A stretch of DNA of 64,000 nt from contig CM082577.2 of the NCBI GenBank assembly GCA_040954595.2, positions 5,258,301 through 5,322,300 of the forward strand, read 5' to 3'. The stretch comes from Balanoglossus misakiensis (lineage: Eukaryota > Animalia > Hemichordata). The position numbers and the translations under genes are program-made. Of the stretch, positions 41,601-53,963 are shown piece after piece. The notes under the pieces were generated by a model that saw nothing but the letters and a program-made list of their open reading frames with translations, searched no databases and had not been told where the DNA came from. Position 1 is the stretch's first letter; every line of letters starts with the position of its first letter.

Positions 41601-43131
41601 ACTTCGGTAATCAGAGCAAGGTAAAAACGGGCAATTCAGAAAGAATCCATGCCAGCCCAGATTGTACGTTGAAATGTTCAGAACAGGCGGTCGCATTCAA
41701 CGATTCTGGGCGTGGGATAGGAGTTGATACTACGTGACTCAGCTAAGCAATTATTCACTGAAAATAATAAACCAGTCTTAATGTTCCAGTCTAGTTTCTT
41801 CTGGAAGAAAAACCGTTTTCCTTGGTAATTTAGAACGTCAACACAAATTCTATAGCTTTTCGATGATAAATTATCTTTTGAAGGGTGCGAACCCGACGAC
41901 CTGGCAATATTCTCTCTCTTGTGCGAACTCATAAAACTGAAATTGGTTCTATTCAATCACCCTTTTACGTTAAATCTCTGCCACCTGAAATTTCTGTAAT
42001 TTCTGCGAAAGTCATAAACGGCGCCTAACGTCAATATGTGTGACTATAGCTCAACGAGATTGGACGTGGTGATTTGTTGACACACGCTCTGATAAATGTC
42101 AGGTTCAAGTAGGGACGTTATGTGTGACAGTTTAGGTGGACAGTTGATACTCTCTCTAGTTCTCTAGATTTTGTTTGACGACTGCTTTCGTTGAATATTA
42201 TAGTATTCCCCGAACATACTGAATATCAGGCGGACATGCGTAAACTGCGACACAAGTCCGTGTCATTATCTTATCGTCTGCTGCTGCGCGCCATCTCGTA
42301 AACAAACTGCACCGTGTACAACGATGGTATCAGGTAGAATCGCACACTGGCGACCAACACTGCGAATCTAATTAGAAGTACATGCAACTTTGATCCATCA
42401 CCAACACTGATTACGGTCACTAATATGGCGAACACGTCTCTACCGTCAACACACCCTCCCAGGTTAGTCAGAATCGTGAAGGTTAGTCGAAACGTGAAGC
42501 CCAGTTGTGACGTCAACTGGACCGTTCGACCTCCCGCACCGTGCAGGTAGCGAGTTCACGCTCATTACAAAGTCACCTGCTGAACGATGACGTCATTCAC
42601 AAATAATGAACAGGTTTGCCTGCAAAGCTGGTCGTCGTTTCATAAGCCGCTCGGCGGACGCTAAGCGAGACCCCATTTTCAAAAAAACGGTGTCAATTTG
42701 AACGTCAGCCTATATTGATCAGTCTGTATGTGCGGCTACCTTACACATCTGTTTGTCAAATGTATGCATAAACCGTGAATGATCACTGCAATGTAAATAA
42801 ATGTTATCTAGATTATTAATTTACTGTAGGTTCTAAGGTAATATATTTCTTTTCCCCCCCAATTATTTCCATATTCAGGTTGCCAAGACGACCAACAGCA
42901 AGTCCGTAACGTGCTCGGCAGTCGATGCAGACGACAAAATAACGATTGATGTTGATGAGAACGGGAATCGTGGGGGAGAATTATCGGAACGCTACTCATA
43001 AACGACGGACCAGAAATAGAAGGCAATCTGCGCGGAGATCAGAAATCGAAACCGAATGTGCATCTGAATAATCAACAAACGGCAGAAATGTGGAAAAGGC
43101 ACTCGCCAGGTAGTGTTCAGATTTGACGCGT

Positions 43132-44508
43132 ATGCTGTACTTGCTGATGACAACAGCGCGATCTAATATGGCCTCCCCAAACGCCACCGTGGATATACGC
43201 ATCAACATGAACCACCGCCACCAACAATATTCGCTGATCGCTTCAAGTGCTCCTTTGAAATTTCCAGACAACAGTCAGGAGAACATGCTTAGTTTCATCC
43301 AGGCGGAGGATTATTACGAGACTGTTCGAGAGCTGGGAAGTGGCACGTACGGGAAAGTGGATCTGGTTATCCACAGGGAGAGTGGCATAAAACTGGCGCT
43401 GAAACACCTCCCGAAGAAGACCACGAAATTCAAAGACTTCCAGAGGGAGCTGACGCTCGGAGTGTGCCTCTCCGTTCACCCGAACATCATCAATGCCAAC
43501 GACGTCGCCTTCGAAACTGTGCACGCGTACGTGTTCGCGCAGGAGTACGCGCCGTACGGCGACCTGTTCGAGGCCATACCGCCGCAGCATGGTCTGCAGG
43601 AGGACGTGGCCAAACGCTGCATCCAGCAGATCGCGTCGGCCGTCGACTTTATGCACAGCAAGAATCTCGTTCACAGGGACATCAAACCGGAAAACGTGCT
43701 GGTGTTCCGCCAGGACTGCTCTCAGGTGAAACTAATGGACTTCGGGATGACGCGTCGGTCGGGAACCCACGTGCGGAAGATCAGCGGCAGCATTCCGTAC
43801 ACGCCGCCCGAGATTTGCGAGGCGGTGAAGAACGAGGGCTTCTACGTCGAGGTCGGCCAGGACGTGTGGGCGTTCGGCGTGCTCTTGTTCTGCATACTGA
43901 CGGGAAACTTCCCGTGGGAGACGGCGGTCCCCGACGACGCCTACTTCTTGGAGTTCGTGCAGTGGCAGCGGCGGCGGACCATCGCCGTGCCGACGCAGTG
44001 GAGGAAGTTCACGCCGCGCCTGATGCGCTTCTTCCGGAAGATCCTGGACATCAAGCCGGAGAAGCGGTGCTGCGCCCGGGAGATCTACAAGTACGCCAGC
44101 GACGACTGGATAGTGCAGCCGGACCGGGAGCCCGCGCCGCCCGAGCCGGAGACATTCCGCCGGTACAGCAAGTCCATGGACGAGCTGAGTGTCCTGCTGG
44201 AGGCGCACGGGGTGAGCACGGCGGCCGACCCCAAGGGGAGGGAGAAGATGACCAGCGAGTGGGTCCTCACCACCACGGAGACCTTCAACAAGCGCAGCGC
44301 GGAGAACATCGTCACCGTCGGCACCCCTCCCGAGTACAGGCACCAGTACCGGCCGGCGATCGGGGAACTCGAGGGCCGGAGTGACTCGGACCATCTGAAA
44401 GTACCCAACGAGAGAACAGTGCAGGAACACTCGAACGAAGGACACCGGTTCGCTAGGAAAATACTGGCTAAGTTGAGACGATCCAAAGAAATTCTAGCGC
44501 CGTCTTGA
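43132..44508 (+). CDS. SBK1: SH3-domain-binding kinase 1-like Ser/Thr kinase, single coding exon (first in-frame ATG 43132; best Kozak context at 43168)
   Basis: Complete kinase domain: ELGSGTYGKVDLV, ALK, YVFAQEYAPYGDLF, LVHRDIKPENVL, VKLMDFGMTRR, SIPYTPPE, DVWAFGVLLFCILTGNFPWE, PTQWRKFT; these match SBK1-specific segments. Confidence 0.93.
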   Translation: MLYLLMTTARSNMASPNATVDIRINMNHRHQQYSLIASSAPLKFPDNSQENMLSFIQAEDYYETVRELGSGTYGKVDLVIHRESGIKLALKHLPKKTTKFKDFQRELTLGVCLSVHPNIINANDVAFETVHAYVFAQEYAPYGDLFEAIPPQHGLQEDVAKRCIQQIASAVDFMHSKNLVHRDIKPENVLVFRQDCSQVKLMDFGMTRRSGTHVRKISGSIPYTPPEICEAVKNEGFYVEVGQDVWAFGVLLFCILTGNFPWETAVPDDAYFLEFVQWQRRRTIAVPTQWRKFTPRLMRFFRKILDIKPEKRCCAREIYKYASDDWIVQPDREPAPPEPETFRRYSKSMDELSVLLEAHGVSTAADPKGREKMTSEWVLTTTETFNKRSAENIVTVGTPPEYRHQYRPAIGELEGRSDSDHLKVPNERTVQEHSNEGHRFARKILAKLRRSKEILAPS

Positions 44509-47500
44509 AGTGAAATATTTTTTGTCGCCTGCGAGCTCTTGCGGCGGGCAATCTTCCAAACACCAAAGATTCAAAACCGGACTATTTATGAAACTGCCAT
44601 GATTTTTTTAAAGTTTACTCTTCAATTAGACATTTTTGATGCATGCAGGTGATTGCGCCAAAAGTAAAATACCACTTGTAAGGGAAAAGTGTAACTACTA
44701 CATAAATCCACGCAATGCATGCAAGCTACCAGTGTCTACCGGAAACAGATTCCTATTTGAACAGCACCTGAGAAAGCGTTGCCATAGCAATAGAAGATTA
44801 CCTAAACTCGGGCCGTTGGAATATTATGAGTTTTATCACGATGTCTCATGCAGCTCGAAACTAGTACTAAACTTGACATTACACGTGACTGATGTGTGTT
44901 TGTGCGTACATGATGACCTCCCACCATGTTGGGAGAAGGTAACAACGGTAACCTTTCTGTTTAGTCATAAATAAAAGATATCAGTCTCTACAAATTGTTG
45001 TTGGGTATTTTTCACACCACCAAATCACGTCTGACGCGAACGAAAGTTCCATTAGATGCAGCCTTTGGCATTTTTGGCAGGCCGGACTTGAATTTAAATC
45101 AGTAACAACATTTTGCCGTTTCACGTATACCGGCTCTATTGACACGCAGAGCACTCTGGGATTGTTATGTATCCTGCAAAAATAACCTGAAAACACGGCC
45201 AGATTCATGATTACATATACAAGCCCTTTTGAAGACAACATTTTTGAGATAATATCAGTGGAATCATATTGCAGCTCTCAATCTGTGTCGGTATCACCCC
45301 CAACTAGACGCTAGTGTAACTGGTGATATATATCGACTGTGTTACAATATACACTCTCCATCTCTGTAAACACACAAAAGTGCTCCTTGGAATCACTAGT
45401 GTTTCGAATTTCGCAGACATATCGGACTACAACCGTTGTCGATGTTACCGCGTTCCTGGAATTTGAAACGGAATGTGAATAGTGACGCACGCACGCATGC
45501 AATGCAACTTGTAGGCATGGTCGCCATCAAATATAAATCAAGCTGGGTACATATTATCAGGATTGTCCTCCATTAAAGAAACGGCTCTTTCGCTTCGCAA
45601 GCGTAAATCAATACTCTGCCGCAGTCACATTATTTAAACATGTTTGCATTATCGATAACTGCTTTTTTGGAATTTTGCAACAACGTTTCGAAGCATTTAT
45701 GTGGCTTGCGAGGATCACATTGTGCTATTATTCGAACCAGCTAGTTTTGATATGCAAGTAGCACGCTGATAATGGTCAAACAACTCTGACTTCTGGGAGT
45801 TATTTATCGGTGAAATTTTTTTTCTGCATGGCAACCGTGTTTAACGCTCTACTGGTCTGGACAAAAGTGAGTAATGAGCGCAAACATATACATGTACTTG
45901 GAAACGCTGAAGATTGCAGCTGAGTTCCGTGAATGGAGACACGCCATTAATAAATAAAAAACCATTACATTGAATGAGTATTGACAGCAAACACACAACA
46001 ATCAACTATCTTATTCGCCATAATAAACAGAACTTTGCAATTAGTCCTTCAAACGCTTCAGTTTACAGAAGCTTCTCCCGAATGATTATTTAAAAACATT
46101 GTCCTCCTTTCAAAAACTATTTACTTTTCTCTGCAAATTTAAAAGAAAAGCGAAAGCGCGATCGATAGCATCGATGCAAAGCAAACTTAAACCAAATGGT
46201 TGCAGGTACAGCAACGTCATACAATAGACACATTTCTGAACTTCACGGCCACGAGCTCGAGACTCTGCGAGATTTCGGGTTGCTTGGCAGTTTATATGGA
46301 AGAACATTCTCATGTGACACAGGACAGACAACACATTTCCCATCGTGATAAACGGCACAAAAGTCATTTTTTGTTTAACTCTGCCCTTATTCTAGTTTCA
46401 TACAGAGCTCATATAACTTGGCTAGCAATTAACCAAGTCTCGCGAGATCTCCAACGAGAGGAAAATCATGTATTAGATATTCACACACGTATATTGTTGT
46501 GATGATGATTTTTCCACGTTAGAAATGTTTCAGAAACATTTCCTTTAAATTACGAATGGGATTTTGCTATAATTTAAAACAGTTGTCATCCTGTCCAAAC
46601 TGTCGTTTGAAAAAGCCCTCGGTAGAATCTGATGCATTGGTGCACGAACAGACCTAACGGTCGATTTATTACTAGTGTAGTAATAGCCGACCCGGCACAG
46701 ATAGCTTATCAGTGAATCTAGCCGTTCGGGGAAGCATTATTGTGACGTATGCGTGTGTACTTTGCGATAATGTGGGCACGGATAAAAAAAATCTAAGTGT
46801 TGCGGCAGTGAGACAGAATTGAGGAATGGACGCCAGACAGACCTGGGGGTTGAATAAATCAGAAAGATGAGAACGGCATTAAAGCAGGCTGACATGTAGT
46901 GAATTCAAATAAGGGAGAGAACATCAGCTTATCCCCGCAGATAGTGCCATGGTATTATGCATTTAACATTGTTAACACACGGCCTGTCGACAACCTGTCC
47001 AGTTGGTGTATTCCGTCGCATCTCTGATACGCGTTAGTATCGGGAACCAATTAAATGCATAATCAACAACCTCTACTTTGTAAAGTAGCCGCTGTCTGTC
47101 TGGGGAGTGCTGTCAAAATTTTGAACCAATGTGCCAATTAACGGCGACTTAAGAAGCGCTAACTCTACAATCGTCAGGTAAACACGAGTGAAGTAACTCG
47201 AAGTGTTCAATCGATAATGCTGATGGACATATACAAATGCTAATGCCGGACACTTGGAAATCCGCGAAGTAAACAGAATGGCCCGTTGGCCGTTGTCGTG
47301 TTTTTTTTTTTTTTTGATATCGCCAAGCCCGATTAACGGAATCTTCAGCAAACAGTATATTTTATCTCTGTCAACAGATTCTGCAGGCTCATCTTGACAT
47401 CAAGCATGCTCCATCTGATTTTTTTAAAAAATAAAGTGGGATATTGATTTGCCACCCCGATCCGTGCTTACTACAAGTATTTATTCTCATTTGCTGCGCG

Positions 47501-48132
47501 TTTCCGTTTCTCACTGGAACCACAATGCAACCACGAGAGGCTGAAAAACTGGCTGGGGGGAACGTGGTACAACAGTGTCACACTCTCTCAAAAGAGCCCC
47601 GAGCCGGTGAAAACAGCCCCATTCACTATGCATTCCAGGCCATTTTCCGGTTTGCTGACGTCTCCATGGCGATGTCTGTCCGACTTAAATCTCATTTCCG
47701 CGGTATCAGATAAAGATGTATTAAACATAATTTGGGAGAGCATGTCATGATCGGCCTGTCACAAAGAGAAGTGTGCGAAAAAAGCCTCCTTGGGTAAATT
47801 GCCACCAATTCCCCGACTGCCCGATGAATAGAGGCACACACCACGCTCGACGAATGCCATCTAGATTTTCATTATGTGCTCGATAGAAAGCGTTAAGAAT
47901 GGTTAGTTTGATTGTGAATAACAGCTGCAATTTCCTCGCCTTTTTATTGCTGTCTCCTTTAAAACCCCTTGATTGACCTATGCATCTCAAAGCTTATCAA
48001 TGTCTGAAGATATTTTGTCTCCCTGGATGGTTTCGTCGTTTATTTAAATTATATGTAAATTTTATTCAAAAATTTAACGAAATGAAGCGGACCGAAGCAA
48101 CAATCAACTATTTTAACGTAATTCTCTCGCCT

Positions 48133-48304
48133 GGCGGCCATTTTGAATTTCGAATTAGAGACAATTTTGCTCTGTCTTTTAAATTTTGCACGGTGACCGA
48201 CAATTTTTACTCTCAATTTTAAGAGAGAATATCCTGAAGCTACCCTGAGTAAAATATGAGAAAAAGTTGAAGACTTTATTTTCGAGGCGCATTCTTTACC
48301 TTAA
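48133..48304 (-). mobile_element. MITE-like element, copy B (inverted relative to copy A)
   Basis: Reverse-complement match to 32800-32915; terminus GAGGCGCATTCTTTACC-TTAA. Confidence 0.65.
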
Positions 48305-50482
48305 TCGTCTGGCGTCTATTCTCATATCTCACGGCGGCGGCGCTTGCCTCTACTTCGCGCGCTTTTCGCGTCCACCCACCCACACACAGTTGCCGCCTGT
48401 CAAAGTCTCCCTGTCTCGTTTGCCGGCGACGCAACGATGAAATTTTCATGAAAATGACTGTACAAATTGATGGCATAGCTGTTGGCAGCGTGTTATCTCC
48501 GCAAAGTAGGCTTCTGAATCACATCAGTCGGGAGAATATTTGATAACTTTAATATATCACTAGGAAACATCGCAATTAAGGGCGCGAGTAATAAAGAACT
48601 CCGCAGCAAGTATATATTGACATGCAGGCAGTCAATTAACGTGATTTATTCTATTTATTTTATTTTCCCTTGATAGCCCAGAAGCTCCACAACATAACAG
48701 GAGTGACGCAAAGAACCCCGCCGATGTCATGAATACCTCATTGCTATTAAGTGTCTCCTTTCATACAGTTGAAATATTTTTCATTTCAATTGTTACTTTA
48801 CAATGTTATCTTCGATACGGATTTGTGAACGCACCTCTCTTACTGGCGCGTGTCAAACAGACGCATTCTGTTGTCATAAAATAGCGATAACATCTCCCGC
48901 AGAGGCTAATAAATTGATTTGGAATGAAATTCTCGCCCCCTCCTAAAAAAACCTACACTGAATAGAGAAAAATTGAAAGAGCCAATGGCACTGTAGTTGC
49001 AATGACTGATTTTATCATCCAGACCCCATATATCCACATTAATTAATCCGAAAGAAAATACATAGAATAACACCTTGCAGTTCAGTCACAAAAAGGAGGC
49101 GGCCATTTTGTATCAACACATTGTCATGGATTTTCTTGTCGTGCATCACAGAGAATCATCTCAAGTCCAGAAGTGGTGAGGTCGAAACGCTCCAGAACAA
49201 TAAAAGTTCAACAAGGTGACCGAACGAGTCCAACGGAAATAAAAGTGAAGTCAATATTGGAAAAACTGTTCACCATTCTCCAAAGATGTAATTGGAGTTG
49301 TCGAGGGAATCAAATCAAATCAAGCCAGAAATACAGGTCGGGGGACATTCCGAGACGAGGTCACAAATGCACAACACGCACGCGGCGCGTTCTAAAATGG
49401 AGGAAAAACTGACAGAGCGAGGAAGTCAATATGTTCTATTCAAAGTATAGTGATATTAATATCAAGGTGTGTACGTCTTCGTTATGGTTCATAGTGTCTA
49501 TACATATGATTCCAAACAATCCATTGTTTGTTTAGAGATCGTTGTTTGAATTAATCTTTTCTGGAAGACAGCTGCACACAATGAACTAGCGCCAGGTTTA
49601 CAGTGTCTGAAATTTTATTTACAACACAAGCCAATTTCCGCGGAAATACGTGCGTGTTTAACGAGCTGTTCTCCAATTAGCTTCTCGCTGTTTCACTTCA
49701 TTTGGCGTACGGCGCAATCAGCAATCCCGAGGTGTATATGTGTCCTGGAGATGCGTTGGCCATATGACTTTATCCAGCGTCGTATCTATCGGAGAGCCCC
49801 CCCCCCCCTTCTCTACTCTCCCGACAAAAATCTAACCACTATCACGGCATGGCAAATGAATTGCCTCGTCCATCTACGGGTGAAATTACCTGCGCCCTAA
49901 AGCTTATCCATTGCTTAATTATCGCCGGATTGCGCGGATGCCGCCAGAATGCTAAACTCGAGAACATACGCTTGATGGCGTACTGTTTTAACCCACAAGT
50001 CCTGAAAACGTGCACATGCGCATTAATAAAGCTCTCGGGTCCGGCAGTTTTGAATATCTTCGCATGACTTCACCAGACAACGCTGTTGATGAGTACGGTA
50101 AACTGCAAATGTTTGTGTGTGTTATTACATGTATATGTAGTTTCTAAGCCCAGAGGACATTTCCTTTAATGAGTTACCTAGGTAACTACAAAGCGATGGA
50201 ATTAACAGTGGTATCTACATGTTTATTTAGGTGTCCGACGATACTTCTTACGCCCCGAGTCAATAGTAGCGGAAAAGATGCAGACGATAGCTCAAAATTT
50301 GTCAGTATTAAGCAAACAGAAGTCAACCAATGGACCAAAAATGGCCTAAGGCCCAGTATACACAGTATACTGCACGAATTGTACACGCAATCGCGTCGCT
50401 GTTCTTCATTTCAGCCTTTAGGCCGCTATCGTATTTTACACGAACAAGATTGATTGTCATCCATTTCTGTGTGGTCTAAGAC

Positions 50483-50605
<123 letters not shown>

Positions 50606-53600
50606 AGCTGTGTTTTCACGAGCAGCTAGTGAAATGGTCTAATGTCAAGAGGTGATCCCTCAGTTCATTTTGTCTGCGAACAGGTGGAATGGAAATCTAG
50701 GACTAGCCTCGCCGCGCCGGGGAAATTCCACTCAAGAAACGATGTCTGTCTACAATGTCTGTTTAATACCTGTAAGACTGCTTGACGCCACAGTCCAAAG
50801 CACAACCGAGTTAATTTTTAGTTTCGGAAACACGTTGTTTCATTTTATTGCCATCTCGTCAATGTCACCTCTGCGGTATATTAAACTTTACGTATCGACT
50901 GGAAAAGGTGTTATGCCGATTCGGTTTCTTCCATTTGTCAGATTTTAAGGACTTTGGTTTTTTTTCCTACAAAAAAACGAGGACACAAAGAAACGCGATA
51001 AAAAGACGGGTAAGAGGACAGGGCTGCTCACTAATACTGTATCCATGGAAACAGGGTGAAACTGCAAGAAAAGGGGAAGCCATGGAGATAGGATTTCACC
51101 AAAATGCCATGACGTAAAAGCTGTGACAACAAAGTGAAGCCGTATGATCACAGCGCTTTGTCCAGTGTGTTCATTCTGTCATCGGGTTTCGAGTTCGCGC
51201 TGAGACACATCTGAAATCGCCCAGAGCATGCGCGCATGAGAGCAGGTCGTGCCGAAACGAAGTTCTGACGGAAAGAATTTCAAATAGCTTATTGCAGGAG
51301 CGAGTCAATCTGTGCCAATAACGCAGGAAGATAATGGCTAGAGGATGGACAATAAGGACCCGGAAGACGAGTAAATTTTCGTTTAAAAAGTGCGGATGGT
51401 GACAGGCAACAATTAGCATATAGGGAAAGTGAGGAAGGGGAGAGGGAGATAATTGCGACGGCCGCGTATATTGGGAGCTTAAGGTAGAACGAGAATCAAT
51501 TTATCTTGGATTGGATTCCGTTTTTGTGTGGGTGATTGCATTACTTATATTAAAACTCATTCAGTCCGCATTAACGATGTAACATCGTATTTATCAGCCT
51601 GCATATCACATCAATATTTCATTATTGGCGAATACGTGACCACATAAAAGTCCAATGCAAATGCTGTTTGCAACAGAACTGATTGGTCGCTCGTTTTGAT
51701 ATTGTCTTCCAGTGGTAAGGGGGTATCATTTAGCAACTGTGGAATGAATAATTCATGGTGCCCTTTGCTAGGAATTTTCAAGTGATTCAATGTGAAAACG
51801 GTAAAAATGTTCCTTTAAGCTACTTTGTTCCCCTTTGGAAATAGAAAGAGCAAAAGCTGAGATTCAAACCAGTGAAATAAATGACAGCCGGACACCCACC
51901 CCCATACGATAAACACCCCTCCTCTAAAACAGCACATTTTTTCATCACATGAACCGAACCCAAGCATCCGCCATATTCCGGAAATAGTCATAATTTTTTT
52001 TATGTCGGGAAAACTCCTCTTGTCAGTAACTAGAGCAATTCCATCACTGCGACCGAAATTCCCCGCATGTCATAATTCATTCTCTCCACTGTAACAATTC
52101 CAGCCAAGAAATTGAAATAGTTTATTTGCATAACCATCGGCGGTTTCCAACTCACCGGGGAGACTGTACAGTTGTCTGATTATTTATCGCAAGAAAACTG
52201 ACAGATCACCCTTGTTGTTAATGGCGCCATTAATGCACCGAATGAACCACCACTCTGATTTGATTACATGTGACAGATTTACACGCGACTGTAAATTAGC
52301 TTCAAGACGAAAAACGGCGGAGAGGTATTATTCCAGTTCGTCAAGATTTTTATTTTTTTGATTTTTGAAATCAGATGGTGAGTCGACAGTGGCATAAACA
52401 GAAACAGCGAAATCATTTACGGCACAAAATATTTGAGACACACAGTGGTCCGACAAATCACGCACACTTAAAGGCAAGCACGTTTTCAAACATGCATGTA
52501 CACACTTACTTAAATTAATATTTCATATACGGGTATAAACAAGACAATTTACTTTGCTGGGAGTTCAATATTAGAATCTGCTCACACACCCCGGTCTATA
52601 TAGTACTTTTCTGTCCCTCAACTGTTTTCCTTGTTTTTGTATGAATCGACAGCTATACTCTGAAGAAACTGGTAACATTTACATAAATAAATTATATAAC
52701 GGTATTCCAGTTATGACCGAATAGGAGTAACACCCATGATGTATTTCAAACAAAAACATTATATTTTCGTATTCAACAAAGGCGCTCCAAAAGGCCCAAT
52801 TTCACTGATTTTATCTCTCTCGCTCCCTCATCACATCACACCAAAATCAGACCCAATCAGATCGCTCGAGATGGACCCCATTAAAGTTAAATGAAAATCT
52901 ACAATCAGCCATAGAGATGATGAGACGAACTGTCAGAATTCTACTGAAATGGCGGGAAAAAATCTAGTCCCGGTGAATCAGGATTGGGTGCCGCACTGCG
53001 GTATTAAAGAGACTCCTTTTGCGAGAGTCATATTTCCCCTCATCGGGTCAGATTTGACAGCCGAGATTTCAGTAAATGTCTAGATGTCACCGGCTGTGGC
53101 TGCTGACAGTGGATGACATTAATAACTGTGGCAGTCTGCTGCAGAGATTGGAAGTGGCTTTTTTAAAGAGATGCATATTTGATGGCCCGGGGTGTCATGT
53201 CGCCGAAGTACAGATTGACGATTTAGACTGGGCATGAATCATTTTCGTCAAGAGGGCGTGTTTCAGTTCTTCTCTCCGACGATGAATCCTGAGACAAAAG
53301 GCCTGGCTATTACTGACGACAGGTGTCAATTTAGAAGCCTCGTTAGCGCGTTTTGACATCTGCATTCCGCGCCACACCCCTGCAGCCGGGATTTTTACAA
53401 CTCTGCAGCAGATGAAGTGTTAATCTTCGCCTAGCCATTACGAATGTCGAAAACATAAAGCCGTCCAACATCTAAAGGGTCATAAATGCCACGGGGTGAT
53501 TGGAATTGTAATTATTCTGGAGTGCCCCGAATTCAAATATGAGAGACACTCCATTGTATCTATCACAACAAGTCGATTTGACAGCGAGTGTAAATCACCT

Positions 53601-53963
53601 CACTTGGCTGTATTTAACACCTCAATATTTCTGAGTGTTAGCATATTTGTTCTCTGACAGATTTGGAATATTTTGAAAACAGAATTCATCATTCCTAATG
53701 TCCCTGTGCTTCAAAGCTGTTCAATAGACACATGTTCTTTGACTGGAAAACCCAGCCCATTGATAACATTCTAGAGTGCCTCCATTATTCTGAGGCTGAC
53801 AAATGCTGCATTCTACGTAAGTGATCAATCTCCTCATCATTTGTTTTTTATGCACTTGATATTTGCATGAACAAAAGTTATGGTAAATTGGCCGCTTGGG
53901 GGCAGTATAAACGCGAGAATTCCCGCGATACCACAACCGCCCGCCCATTAACTTGTATCAGCT

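Noticed and set aside
43243-44486. Long alternate-frame and antisense ORFs over SBK1 (306, 237, 143 and 133 aa)
   Set aside because: Expected by-product of very high third-position GC; low-complexity Arg/Gly/Ala translations.
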